Translations under genes and position numbers: made by a program
In this document: positions 26,078 through 40,995 of the stretch, in pieces
Numbering within the stretch: position 1 is the first letter of the stretch
Layout of the letters: the number at the start of each line of letters is the position of its first letter
Origin: Penicillus capitatus
Lineage: Eukaryota; Plantae; Chlorophyta
Assembly (NCBI GenBank): GCA_965649825.1
Contig: OZ287697.1
Coordinates: 1,017,635 to 1,081,634 of the forward strand
Reading direction: 5' to 3'
Length of the DNA: 64,000 bases
Notes under the pieces: model-generated
What the model saw: the letters and a program-made list of their open reading frames with translations, nothing else
The model's database searches: none
What the model was told of the DNA's origin: nothing

Positions 26078-27063
26078 AGAGGACCGCAGATTGTGCTGAC
26101 AGCGGCGTTGCATGCACAGTACCGTAAGGAACAGATCGCTGGGTGGTTTCTTTATTGGACTCTCGGACCACACACTCAGTCGTAGATTAAGCAAATGATT
26201 TGCATTGTCTCACAGCATCCGTACCGTTCATCAGAATCGCGAGATCGTAGATGCGTCATAGGATGTTTAGATTCTGTCCCATCAGGTGAAAAGATGCGTT
26301 GAAGAGAGCAGCAAAGGAATATATACATACCGCAAACGCGTCGAGATTCTTCCTTCATACTTTAGAAATCAGGCTGTCAGGATCGGGCCGAACAGGCTAG
26401 CAGCGCTGTGTGCTGAATAATGACGAAGAGACGCATCGCGAGGAGGTTTGAAGATTTGAGACTGTGATAGTAAAGTACCTGTATCGTAAACAATTGGGGC
26501 ATCCGATGCTAAAGGCATCCGGATTCTATTCTGGATGTCGATCGGGTCGTCATCGGCGTGTTTGCACAATTGTCATCGTCTATCTTCTGCTGAGTTCGCA
26601 ATGGATCTTTCACAAAAGCATCGTGTCCATACACACATCATCAGGACTCGTGACTCGGGCAGTCGTTCTCCAGAAGGCCGCAATCGCCCATGGAAATGGT
26701 TTGTTACGAATTCGGAGATATGGATAAGGAGAAAGCTTTTCTAGATAGGGATGTTCGTTTGATAGAGTATACAATAACAACGCCACGCGTCCAACCACAG
26801 CGACATGGTAATGTTACGCGACATATCCCACTTGCTTCCCGATGTTCTTTTTCACTGACCGACGCCGAGAAGACGCGTCTTTGCGCCTGACGCCATCCTT
26901 GCGTCGCCAAACGTCGAGTAGCGGCTTGCATCGTCGCCGTCACTCGGATATAGCTTCTCTAGCTGTGGATCGCCGACGTTCTTCAGACAGACTGCTTTCA
27001 TTTGCTGTCGAGGCGAATCGTTTGATACCGAACAGGTACGCACAGGATACGTTCGCAATCCAG

Positions 27064-29250
27064 TCTTTAAAGTACTGGGCGATGAAGGACTACAGATGTC
27101 CAATGCTCGAACCAGCTGAAATAGAGATTTACGTCAGGGCGCATCTGGACATTCCACAATCCAATGGCTGAAGCCTTACAATGGCTACCAGTCCGAGTTC
27201 CAAATTTGAGTGAGAACAATAAATAAAACGAAAGCAGTTGCCAAATCATTTGTCTGGCAGACCGGGCAGATCTTAGTTGTAGTCGAAGACCATCTCCATC
27301 AAGGTCAAATTGAAGTCCCGACAATAACAAGATACCACGTTCGGGGTCGAAACAACACAAGACGGTGTTTCGATACACTTGATTTCGACACTGGTCCAGC
27401 CACTCCACGATCCTGATTGGTAATCGTTCCTGTAGAGATAGAACTCATAGCTGACAGCGAAACAGTGGATCCTGTCGACTCCAGTCGTCACACATTCGGG
27501 ATTGGAGGCGAAGGTGCCACCCAGATCGACCCACCCGAGCCATCTCCATCCATCCCACGTCTTCTGCATGACACTGTTCGTCACAGCACTCAAAGAAAAC
27601 ACATCGATTCTTCTTCGATCCGCGGTCAGATCCCATGCCGTCACTGACGGTCGCCCTTTTACCAATCCACCAATATCTGCCCAGCCGCCCCAGCCTGCTT
27701 TTGACCACCATTTTGCATACAGGTGCAGGTTATTTCCACTGGCGAAGCAGTCGATGTGGAGTTTGCCTCTCGCCACACATCCAATGGGATGCAACAATTG
27801 TCCCCCCATACTAGAAAACGACGTCCATTCTCCGCCGGAGATCCCAGTGAAGTAGGCCACGTTGTTCGTTCCCCTCGCCATACAAGCGATGTCGGTAGAG
27901 GATTGGGCTGCACAGGAAGGCACCTCCATGAATATCCCTCCGGTAAGCACCCAACCGCTCCACTTTTCGTCGGAGAAAGTGTTGTGGAAAAGACGATGGA
28001 TGACGTCCAGCACAATGACATCGATGACGCCGGCGCCACGATTGAGGCATTCGATACCGTCAGCGATGATGAAGCCGAGGTCCTTCCACCCACTGTGCTC
28101 GCCGTCTTGGATTCGAATGTGCATCACATTCGACCTCGTTCCGCGAACAAAACAGTCGATGCGGTCATCGCCCCATGACGTGCAGCATGGACGGCTGTAG
28201 GCGACGCCGCCGTAAACCATGTACACACCACCGCCATTCTTTTCCTTCGCGCAGCAAGTATGTGAGAATCGCGGACGGTAGACATCGATTGTCTTACGGC
28301 GGTGTTTTCCGCAAGGAATGGAACGATGTCTTTCTTTGAATAAGAGGCTCGGGAAAGATGGCTGCTTTCATGAGTGTACTTAGCGTTCAGCTCAACGTCA
28401 TCGACGTAAGCCTTGGCAGACCAGGAGAGGAAGAAAAGAAACGTCGTGGTGACAAGCAAACGCGACGCGTTCAGCCACATCTTCCAGATGACTCTGTGGC
28501 TTTTCGATAAGGATTAACGTTTGGCGGCGGAAAGCACGTTTGAGAATGACGACAACGCGTTTAGTTAGCCCGTTAATTGTTCTACCGCGTCGTCAGATCT
28601 TTGCCGACGTCATGTTCAAGGATACTGATACTGACAGAACACTGGGCTTCGCCACCTTTACGCATGTACCGAACGAACAGCCACACATGTGCCGTCGGAG
28701 GACCGACAGCAAATCTGCCGAGATCTATGTCTGTCCCTTTTCACGTTCTATATCTGCCAGTTCGAACGTTTGAAAACGACGGCGGTATATTGCACAATCA
28801 ATGCTGTCGGCCGGATCGACAATTTTGAGTATGCGACGGGCGCTCTTCGAAGAAACGCGTTCGCCGTTTCTTCTGAACATGTTTTGCAAGTCGTTAGTGG
28901 TCGGCTTCTTCGTTCTTGTCGCATTCACCTGTTCTTTCTGTCCGCCGCCATTCGATCCCTTTCGATAAACACGGTTCTTTTTCCAACGCGTTTCTTGAAG
29001 GGAAGAGTCGCGCCGCCGTTCGGCAAGAGAACGACAGAGCCGCCACCAAACGTCCACTCTGCGAGTATTCACGACGTTAACCTGATGCCGATATCATAAA
29101 GCAACGAACGGGTAAGAGTTTTAAAACAGCAAATTTGACAGAAACACAACTCCCCAACCGTGCTAGAAACAATGTGCTCCACAATGGTCTGCCGCCAAGA
29201 GGTCAATTGAACAAAGATCTGAAGAACAGACTGCCTTAAGTGCGTGTGTC
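27064..29250 (-). repeat. Right arm of the inverted duplication
   Basis: Reverse complement of about 20000-22192. Ends approximate. Confidence 0.9.
27273..28480 (-). CDS. Secreted beta-propeller lectin-like protein, copy 4 (inverted paralogue of copy 2)
   Basis: Same signal peptide and same GTAAGA..GAAG intron, joined in frame to ORF 27273-28226. Confidence 0.88.
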
Positions 29251-29368
29251 TGATCGATGTGCATGTAACTGGAGCTTGAAACTTAACAATACCATCTTTG
29301 TTACTGCGTTTGCACTGCACGCACTCCATGTCCTTCACGATCACATGGACACTCAAGTAAGAAATCCA

Positions 29369-30831
29369 TCACTTTGTTGGTTCACCCTTCTGCCATCGTG
29401 GTTTCCTCCATAGGTCGTAGTATGGCTTTTGATAGCTACGTTCATAGACACGCTTATCTCCAGAGAGAAGCTGGACCTCCATCACGTCGTCAAATACAAG
29501 GCCCATACGTGCAAAACCTCTGCCCAATATCAGCAGATCGGCGGGTTTATAATACCCCGATCGTCGAAGTGCTTGCTTCTTGATCAGATATATCAGATCT
29601 TCATCAAAGGCGTCGGAAAATGCATAACCGAATGCACACAGCGCGAGATCTCTCGGCGACATCGCGTATCCGTTGAATCGCTCGTCGAACCAGATCCGCG
29701 TCCGAATGGCCACCGATGACGATTTCTTCAGCTCGAGACAGCCAAACGCGTAAACCATTTTGGCGAAAGCACTTGCACTGAGCTCCTTGATTTCCTGATC
29801 CGTTGCCGCCTCGATCCGAGCAACGAGCAATTGGACAGCCATCGAACGATTCTTCATTCCTTTAAGGCCCCAAAGGCCGAGGCAGTACAGAAACTCAGCG
29901 ACCGTGTGGAGCGGCGAGGTGTCGACGCGAAAGCTCTCGATCAACCGTTCGAAGATCTGATCGGCCATTTCCTTCATACCCGAATCGATCGTGTACAGAC
30001 TCGCCACGGTTTGCAGCAAGTGACTAGGTAAGGCCAGATGCATCGTCGCCTTGAATCGCTCCAGGAGCTTTCGAACCAGTAGTTCGTGAGTCATCTCAGC
30101 TGGATACTGCACCACGATGCGTCATCACTTTCGCTATCGATATGCGATTCTCCTACCCGTGAGGTGTCCTTCTTGAAGCAAATTTTCTTTGCGCCGTTCT
30201 GGAACACGTGGTAAGAGCCGAGGATCTGCGACACGCCTCCGGGCGTCATGCCCTCGACGTGGAGGAAGGCTTTGGAGTAGAGATCGGCCAAAAGAAGCTC
30301 GTGCGTTTTGATTAAGTGCTCCTTGTTAATCAACGCATCCGAACACCTGCACAGACGAACATCCAGCGCTTCTCACGTGAAAGCGTCTCTGCCTGACGAG
30401 ATGATTGATAAACGATACGATGGTATAGGCATCCAGGAGATGGCGATAGGCGACGGTGATGCCGCTGATGCGCTCGGCCATCTTCTCCACCATCTCGAAT
30501 GCTTCTGCTTTTCCCATACGGCAGTAGCCCTGTTCTTTCATCTTGCGCAGGACGTACAACGTCTTGTCGATCCAGACGTCCACTCGACGACGCAATGCCT
30601 TGGCATCGACGATCTCGTGCGTGAAGAGCCGTGGATCTTGTGGCATCTGATGCATCTGATCACACATCTCACTCAAAAAGGCGCTATAGTGTTGAGTGAA
30701 ATGATGTGACGTACGGACTGGCGTCGCTCCTGTGATGAAGGCCACAGCAACGCCACGGTCCATGGACTGCTGGCGATATTCCCTCGATGGATCCCGATGG
30801 ACGTCGATCGCACCATCCATCGTCGCAGCAT
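29369..30831 (-). CDS. Helical-repeat (OPR/FAST-like) organellar RNA-binding protein candidate
   Basis: Arg-rich presequence MLRRWMVRSTSIG; exons within ORFs 30326-30820, 30091-30333 and 29369-30115; degenerate helical repeats (AFAKMVYAFGCL, PRDLALCAFGYA, PADLLILGRGFARMG). Confidence 0.55.
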
Positions 30832-31104
30832 CGTCGATAAACGCGACGCGATTCGATGTTTTCCGATTATCTACGATGAATGCGTTTTGGCAGTGGGCGG
30901 TGTCTGTTCTTCACGGTAGCGGTCTTAATGCCTTAATGCACTCCATCAATTACATCAGCTCGCTTTCGAACAGCATCAACAAGGCAAGGACAGCTTCATC
31001 TGTTTGCTATGAACTTGAATCGCCACCCTTTAATGAATCCGGGATCGTTCAGATCGAAAGAGTCACGATAAACGAAATTATTGCCTAAGTCATCATCAAA
31101 GCAT

Positions 31105-32665
<1,561 letters not shown>

Positions 32666-32755
32666 GACAGCAGTGAAGAATGTCGATAGGCAGGAGGAGC
32701 GCTTCGCGAAGGAATGGGGCTGACGTGATGTGACCCGTACGTACGTAGTAACCAC

Positions 32756-33927
32756 TCACTCCACCGCCTTGGAATGTTTGTATATCCATGCCTGTCTTTG
32801 TTTCTGCATCAATCGGCGTAATTGATCTATTTCGTGCGTTTCGGATGTGGCAACGCTCGCGCTCTCACTCTTTCTTCCGCCATTCTCACTCAAATCTTCA
32901 GCAGCTGTCACATCATCCTGAGATCGCCCTGGTGCTGCTGTTCTCTCTTTCTCTGCATCGCATTTCTGAAGGCGCAGGCTTTTGAGTGCCTCGTACTGTC
33001 GACTGTATTTCAGTATGGCATCAAGAAAGTTCCAAAAGGAGTAATCTGGCCACAGAACCTATAACAGGATGATCCATTTGATCTTTGGATGATACGAATC
33101 GTGTGCGGCAGGCACCTTGTCAAATATTAACATCGCGTTTCGTGCCTGGAAGGCCAGAAAGTCACTTATGCGTGTCTCGCCTGAAGTTCGGATCATCAAA
33201 TCCACTTCCGGTGCATCTTCTGTAAAACAGAGCTGCATCATGTCTTCCTCCTGCGCTTCGCCTTTCAGTCGTGTCTGACACACATCCACCGCTCGGCATA
33301 TCTCCTGCGATGCACTGTCCCGTTTCTTCAGGTCCAAACGTCACATCACGCAGTTGATGGCTCACGTGTAGGCAAAGCAGATATGGACGACAGGTCGATT
33401 TGGACTGCTGCTCGATCGCAGCATCACCTGGGCAGCCGCCGTCTGGAGTTGCGTTCGTGTTTTGGCCAAATCGCCAATGATACGGACCTCAGCGTCCATT
33501 CCTTTCACCACGCCAACCTCCTAATCACAAGGCATCGACCAATGACGCTCGATAGCGAATCGTGCCTTAAGACGTTTATATTCTTTCTGGGCGAGCTGCA
33601 TGAGCTCATCCACTTCATCACTCGACCGTTTGAAATTCTCCAGACTGAAAGCGTAGACAGTAACATACGGTATGCCCAGTTCGAGACACCATCGCACGAC
33701 TTCGGAAAACTGTGGACAGACGAAGGCGTGAGTGCAGAGAGAGGGAGTGACGTGACCTTTTGGCTGCCGTGTTCGTGGCCATGGTAGCGCGGGAGGCCAG
33801 TGCGTTTGGCATAGCGTCGATTACCGTCCATGATGAATGCGAGGTGACGTGGGACGGGCCCGGCGCTGCGCAGCAAGGCGCAGAGCATTGCCCGCATGCC
33901 GCCGCAGAGGACACGCCACAAATCCAT
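32756..33927 (-). CDS. DHDDS: cis-prenyltransferase (dehydrodolichyl diphosphate synthase-like)
   Basis: [48 protein letters not shown]. Includes GC-AG intron 33521-33565. Frame followed to TGA at 32756. Confidence 0.9.
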
Positions 33928-34223
33928 CGAGGCGTCACGATGGTACGGCAAACGCGCAGTTCTGAGATGACGATCGAATTTCGGCGACGGTTTGATGTGA
34001 CTGGCGGAAAGCTGCTTCGGCTGAGCCCTCGTTTTTGTCTTTCGGTCTGATCTCGAGGGACTCCGAAACGAAGGATTCGTTTTTGGGTATCTCCCATCGT
34101 TGCCGTCGGAGAAACGCCTGGGTTCGTTCGTCGCCTCAAAGATCCGCCGTTTCTGCTCGATTTCACGCTGATGACGGAGAACTCGACGAGAGGTCCGTCG
34201 AAACACGGAGATCTGTCTGACGA

Positions 34224-37200
34224 ATGCGGTTGGTTCTAGGGAAGACGGAAATTCTGTCGACAGACGCGTACGCCTCTCAGTACGCATTCCTCAAAGGTCT
34301 ACCATCGGATATCGAAACGACGCATTTCGAGAACGACGCCAAAGGCCAGCCCAGACGTCACATCAGATTCACTGCTCTGACACATGGGACAGACGGAGTA
34401 AGCCTTACACTCAGCATGTCGTGTTCTTACTCTTCTGCGACGATAGTATGAGATCGAGAAGATACAAGACATCCGTGAAGCGACAACACCAGTATTGCGA
34501 TATCTTCTCCTGATTTGGGAGATCATAGAAGACGACATACCAGTCGTCTGGTTTCAGTCCCATGGTCTACATTACCTGAAAGTGTGACCTTGATGTGACA
34601 GGCAGGCATTCCTATGTGACGCGTGTTTCTAGGAAGGAAGTGTTGTACAGTTATCGGAGATGCTCCCTGAGTTAGAGGGTTTTCATATTGTCGATCGCAT
34701 TGCGATGGAGACAGACGACTCGGAAGGAGCCACACTTTTTTGTGTCCTCGACATTACATCGAAGCTCAAAGCAATTGTTCGCCAAACGAACGGAATTTTG
34801 TGGCAGTACAGCGAAGGCATGGAATACGCAAAATGCCTTCATGAGTTTGAAGTGGATGACGCCCAGCCAGCAACGGTGAAAGTCACACGAACGTCACGAC
34901 ATTCTTTACCCAGTCCTCCCGAAGATGCATCGCCGATTGAAGAGAAGCTGCCGGGAAGCAATGTCATTTCGCCATCAATCTTGCAGATGCTGACGGCGGC
35001 GCAGTCGAAACCTTCTCCACAGAAGGCGGCGCATTTGACAGAGAGCGATAGTGTACTGGCTCTGGCACCCGCAACGCCTGAGCCGGAAACGGCCTCTTTC
35101 GCAGGATTCTGTACAGCAAAGACGTCAGATCTCGATCAGGACGTCATTGGTGCCTTGCTCAGAGGACAGACGCCCGCGATCTCTCAATCCCTCGGCGAGT
35201 ATTCCGACACCGCTTCCGACGATTTCTCTTTCTGTCGTCAGATCATTTCGGACAACGAATCTGATGATGAAGCAGCAAGCAGTGGAGAGATTCCAGAATC
35301 GGTGCCGTTCTTCGATGCAGATTTCGGACTGACGCAAATGAACTGCACCACTCCGGTGCTCGACAACATCGTCCTCCATTTCAAATGCAGCATCAACCAG
35401 AAGCTCAACGACGCTGCTCACATCCTCCGACTGATTCTCGTGAACGATCGAGACGGCTTGCGTTTCTCACAGATCCTCTCCAATGCGATCTCCAAATCCA
35501 TTGACAGCGCTCTTATGCAAAAAGGTGCGCCAAGGGCACGAATCGAGGAGATCCTTTCTGGATGTGTCCTCTTTCTAGGCGATTCTGCTGTTTTGATTCC
35601 TCAGATGCTCTACGGTGGGGTGCATCGTGGTATGCAGCGTCTCGACGTCTGTTATCAATACCATGGCGGTATCCTGCTGCACGTGCTGGACGGAATCGAG
35701 AGGATCTATCGAGAAGAGCAGTTCAGTCTGGTACGGCTTCGCATCGAAGCTTGTCCTGCCAATCCCTTTGAACACATGCTCAACTCAGCCAAACCCAGAA
35801 TCAGTATCCCACCTCCTTTACACCATCCCGCATCTCACGTGTGGCGTTTCTAGGTTATCCCCTGACAGTCGTTGATCAGACCGATGCCTTGACGCCCTCC
35901 AAGATGCCGCACCTGAAGCAGCTTATAGAGCAGCCGGAAATCTCGACACTCACAGATCAGCAAATGAAGTCGCTTTTTAAGAACGCCCCTTATCTGATGA
36001 AGAACGAGATTTCGAAGCCGAAGTTTCTCAACAAGATGAAAGACTATGTCGGACAACGCGCATCGGGACCTCTGAGACGGTACCAGGCCGAATGCATCGA
36101 GAGATTTCTCACCGGAGAGAATTTCATTTTCGTTGCCCCGACGGGCGCCGGCAAAACCAAAATCTTTGTCGAATGCTCCAGGTCATACATCTCTCACTCA
36201 ACCTCAGCATCTCACTCAAATTCTGTGTCCCCTTTCCAGGCGACTGCTCGTGCGAAACAAATCCGCCACCATCGTCGTTACATGCCCCTCTGTCGCCTTG
36301 GCCACGCAGCAGGCATGCGTCTACGTCGTGGAAGGATTCCTGACCGAAGGCTACTGGGTCAATACCTTCTCCAGTGACAATCAGCTGACGCCTCAGGCAT
36401 GGCGACATCTTGCCAGTTGCCATAATGTCATGGTCCTCACCCCTCAGCTGCTCCTCAATGTCATGGACTTCTATCGCGACGTGGACTACTCCATCTTCAA
36501 CGAAATCGATCTGCTAATCCTGGACGAGTGCCATCACGTACGTAAGGAACACGCCTACAACAAGATCATGACGGCCCACAAAAACACAAAGAACTGTAAG
36601 ACACAGGTGCTTGGCTTTACGGCCTCGCCAGCACGCAGTCCCGATGTGGAAGAGGGCGAGCAGAATCTCGATCTGCTGCTGAATCAGATGCAGGCCAGAT
36701 GCATCGTCCTGACGGAGACCAATTCCGAAGTCCAGGAACACGTTCCTTCTGCCAAAGAAGAGACAGCCTATGCGGAGGAGCGTGAGGAAGACGTGTACTT
36801 TGCACGGTATATGGGGCGCTTTATGTACAGTGCCTGTTACCGTTATATCAATCCTCTCGTCGGTCGTGTGGCCGGCGTCCTCCGACTGCCTGATCAGAGC
36901 TTGTCCGATATGGGATTGGGCCTCATGTCCTCGACCTTTGAAAACTGGGCGAAGTTGACGGTGGAGAAGCTCCTGCAGAGAGAAGAGATGTCATGGATGG
37001 AGCGAACGGATATCGTCAGTTCCGTCGAGCTTCTAAGAGCATGCAACAATTCGTTGGATCTCGTCAACGATGCTGGATTTGAGTCATCGCTCAAGGTTCT
37101 GGCGCAGAGGATTCTGGAGATCAGTTCGGTGTTTAGCAAGGAGGCGGATGTGTCCACGTGTATCTATCCCAGTCTGCTGGCGGGCGTCTACTGCACCCGT

Positions 37201-37960
37201 ATGATTCAGTCTATCACACCTGTCCTGCAGGCATTCAACATGAGTCCCTATCCTTCTGGCCACTCCCGTTTTCCACGCTTTGTCAAACTCGTTCAGTTTC
37301 TGGAGAGATACAAGGAACAGGATGAACTGCACGGAATGGTCTTTGTCAAAACGCGAGATGGTGTCTATCATCTGGCCAAGATGCTCAGGTAAGCCATCCC
37401 CCCTCTGCCTCCTATCGACCATTCCTTGCAGAATGATGCCGTCCATGAAGAACACATTCATCTTCGAGTTTACGGGCCATGGACAGGGAAACAAGAAAAA
37501 GACTCAAATGCCTCTCGCCTCCACTTCCGAGACACTACGTGGGATGAGCGGATCCAAGTGCGTCTCTCTTTGGAATGCGTGCCTAAGAGATAGCGCGTGG
37601 TTAAGCAGGCAGCAGGAAGTGCTGGATCAGTTCTGTCGTCCTGGAAGACATATCCTCTGCGCCACCAGCGCTGCGGAGGAGGGGATCAATGTCACCAGCT
37701 GCCAATTCGTCGTTCGTTACAGTGTGACCTACACCGGTACCCTCACCTATTGCCTGAGGTCAAATGTGTGAGATCTCATTGTTTGTACGATAGGTATTCA
37801 GAGAGTCCAGTCCCGGGGACGTTCCCGTGTGCGTGGCGGCATCTTCTTCAACATCATTCAACGCGATTCGAAGGAGTCCAAGTTTTTGGAGAAGTCCCAA
37901 CAGGAGGAGGTCAACATGAACACCGTACTGCGCAATTCCGATCGCGTCGAGCATCTCTAG
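34224..37960 (+). CDS. RIG-I/Dicer-type SF2 DExD/H helicase with a long uncharacterised N-terminus and no RNase III domains
   Basis: LRRYQ, APTGAGKT, LTPQ, ILDECHH, GFTASP, FVKTR, ATSAAEEGINV, VQSRGRSR. In-frame splicing links 34224 through 34660-35853 to the helicase exons. Stop TAG at 37958. Confidence 0.85.
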
Positions 37961-38064
37961 AGCTGTCTGTTTCTTTCCCGCTTTGATCGACAACATGAAC
38001 ACCCCATCACCCAACAATCGTCTTTGTGAATGTTACTATCTTTGTTGAGGAGTGCATCGATAAT

Positions 38065-39117
38065 ATGACGAGCAATGTGATCAGACCGTCGCCGAGTCTA
38101 TCTTGTCTTGCTGGACGCTACAAAGTTCCTCGGCGCGGACGCTTATCGAGGCGAGATGTGACGCCTAGGGCGTTTTGCTGGATCAATTTGGTGTCTTGCA
38201 CGATGGAAGACGTCCCTATCCCGGAAGCGTCGCGGCGCTGAAGCGCCTTTACGATTTGCGCCTTCCGGTGTATCTCTTGAGCAACTCGAGTCAACGACCG
38301 GCGATCGCTTATCGACGTTTGGCGTCGATGGGATTTCGATCCGAGTGGATCGCAGGCGAGATCGTGCGCGTCTTTCGCTCCGATCGATTTCGACTGAACG
38401 GTACAGATGTCGTCACGAGTGGAGAGATGACGCATCGGCGACTGCTTGAACGTAAGGGGTCGTTTTGGGAGGGACTCGGTCGACGTTGTCTGCATTTTAC
38501 CTGGCACCGTCGGTCGAAGATTCAATTAGAAGAGCTCGATCTCCAAGTCTGCGTCGATGTGTGACCGAAAAGCGATATGTTTGCGTGACCAGGTGGTGAC
38601 CGAGATCGACGAGGCAGATTTCGTTTTGGTCCACGGGACAGATGCGCTGGGTCATCCGGATGGACCGGCGGCGCGATCGTATGATGAACTCGCGGTCATT
38701 TTGCATAAAGTGGCCGAGCGTGCTGTCCTGCCCCCTATGATCGTTGCCAATCCAGACCTCGTCACCGTCAACGGCGACCAACTGGAAAAGATGCCCGGTT
38801 CGTTTGGCATGCTGTACAAAGAACTGGGCGGTGAAGTGATCTGGATGGGTAAACCGGGGAAGGCAATCTACGAATATATTCTGCAGTGTCGTAACTGCCA
38901 ACCATCGGATCTCATCGCCATCGGCGATTCTCTCGAGCACGATATCAAAGGAGCTGCCGAGATGGGCATCGATTCCGTCCTTGTGTGTGGAGGCATTCAC
39001 GCGGCAGAGGTATGCATCGATGGCCAGACGTCACATCATGCGCTCGAAAAACTCTGTTCCGCGTACAACGTGATGCCCACTTACTACATGGATGCCTTTG
39101 ACAATGAAAAGCTCTAG
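38065..39117 (+). CDS. HAD-superfamily subfamily IIA hydrolase
   Basis: GVLLDQFGVLHDG, LLSNSS, VVTSGE, ANPD, MGKP, IGDSLEHDIKGA. Three introns, including GC-AG 38356-38406. Confidence 0.9.
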
Positions 39118-39123
39118 AGATGT

Positions 39124-40330
39124 TTAACAGCTTTCGTCGATTTCGGTCGAAGAGGTGGTCACCGGAAAGGCATTGCGTGTGACCCGGGCGACAATCACGG
39201 TGATGTCGTCGACTTTGCCGCCGGTTAATGTTCCCCAGCGGAGTTTGTTGTTTTCGATCTTGGCCTTCAGCAGTTTTTGGTACCAGGGAACATCGTATCC
39301 CTCTTCGAGTGCGGCCAGAGAATAGGGGGATGGAAATTCTGGATCCAATGACTGGCGCTGTGCCAATCGTACCAGTCCTTCCGACAGATCCGCCACCGAT
39401 TTCTTCGGGCCGTACCGATCAGAAGCGAAATTCAAAACAGAATTCTCAAATACATTGTCCCACAAACCGTCCGTCCCTGATCACCAAAGAGCAAACTTAG
39501 AGAACGGGCACCATAATATGCATAAGGGGTACCCATGATGATGAGATCTCCTTGTTGGAGAGAAAGGGAGACGGTTTGGCCGTCCTTTGGGTAATCTGTT
39601 TGATCACAGTGCTCAGGAAAAGCTGCCAGTTGCACGGGACAATCGAAGAAGTGCTGTTGCGGTGATGATCGAGCAATGATGCGGTCGTTGCGCAGGACAA
39701 GGAAACCGGAGTCGCCCAGATTCAGGGCGGACAGTTTTCCGGTCTCGCCATCGATATGAGCCAGACATGCCGTGCAGGATCCTGGCAATCGGGTTTTGGA
39801 ATGGGCCATGTCTAAGGCAGCCTTGAGATCAGGATCTGTTTGAATCCGCTCTGAAGTGATCTGCATGATCTGCCGTGAGTAATCTGGATGCCGTACACGG
39901 GTCGGTTGTGGGAAAAGTGAGAGAAAGTGTGACCTGCAGGATTGACACCGCCGTCTCGCCAACCGCCGACACCGTCTGCCACTCCGAATGCGAAACGATC
40001 GGCGACAAAATGTGCATCCTCGCCACCGAACGACACCTGTCCGGTGTCAGAAGGCCAGTCGTGAGAAATTGAAGGGTGACTTTTTGTGGATGAGGTAGGA
40101 CTTGAACAGAGACATCAAAACAGAAGAGTTCTCGTGTGACGGGAGAGGTATCGAGTGAGGAGGTAGCCGTCTCTACAAGCCAGGCCTGCAGAAGTGGACG
40201 TCACGTTGGAATCGGAGGCTGACCTGCGTCGACGGCATTGCATTTTGACGAAATTGTTGGCCGTGGTATCCGATGGGATACATTCCAGTAGCACTTGTTT
40301 AAGGCACCGAACGATCGAAGACAGTTCGTG
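39124..40330 (-). CDS. PPTC7: PP2C-family phosphatase, PTC7/PPTC7-like (5' end uncertain)
   Basis: LPHPQK|VSFGGEDA, GVADGVGGW, GSCTA, NLGDSG, GTDGLWDNV, GGKVDDITV. Confidence 0.85.
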
Positions 40331-40764
40331 CCGATCATCTCTGCCTTCACGTCGGATCGAGCCAGGCGAGAAGAACAACAGAATGACGGTGCGCGCACCG
40401 TTTAGAGATTCGTCAACCAGTAGGGCAACTATTTTTCGTCGCAAGTGGAGAAAAACTGTCGTATCGTGTGACAAACAAACTTTTTAAACGTAAAAACGGA
40501 ATTCTCTTGTGCGTCGTGTTTATCGAATCGTGTCAAATGGCATCAATCGAATGTCTCTATAGTCCTTGTCTTTTGTGATAAGATAAAGTGACCAAACATT
40601 ACTTCAGCCTTGTGCAATCGAATGGTGTGGATGACGAAGCCGTAATCGCGATCGATTCGATTGAGATCGCTGCATTCGATGAACCAAGCCGCATTTGAAT
40701 TTCGTTCATACTATGTACGAGAATCATCATCCATTACTTCTTATTACTGGCCGACCACTTGCTA

Positions 40765-40995
40765 CTCTTAAAGCAACAATCGAGAACGATTGATCGTTCT
40801 CGACACTTATCGTTACAATCGGAAACAATCGATCGAGCTGATACTTGTTTCGGTGCTTTCCGTTAATCGATCGATCGATCGCGCCTATCGATAAACACCT
40901 TTTGACAGTCGACTGATCGCGACTCTTGCAAGGACAATCGGGAACAATCGATCGAGCTGATATTTGATTCGATGCTTTCATCGATCGATCGCGAC
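40765..40995. repeat. Degenerate tandem duplication rich in (GATC/TCGA)n
   Basis: aatcgg.aacaatcgatcgagctgata occurs at 40817 and 40936 (119-nt offset), each followed by atcgatcgatcgcg. Confidence 0.6.
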
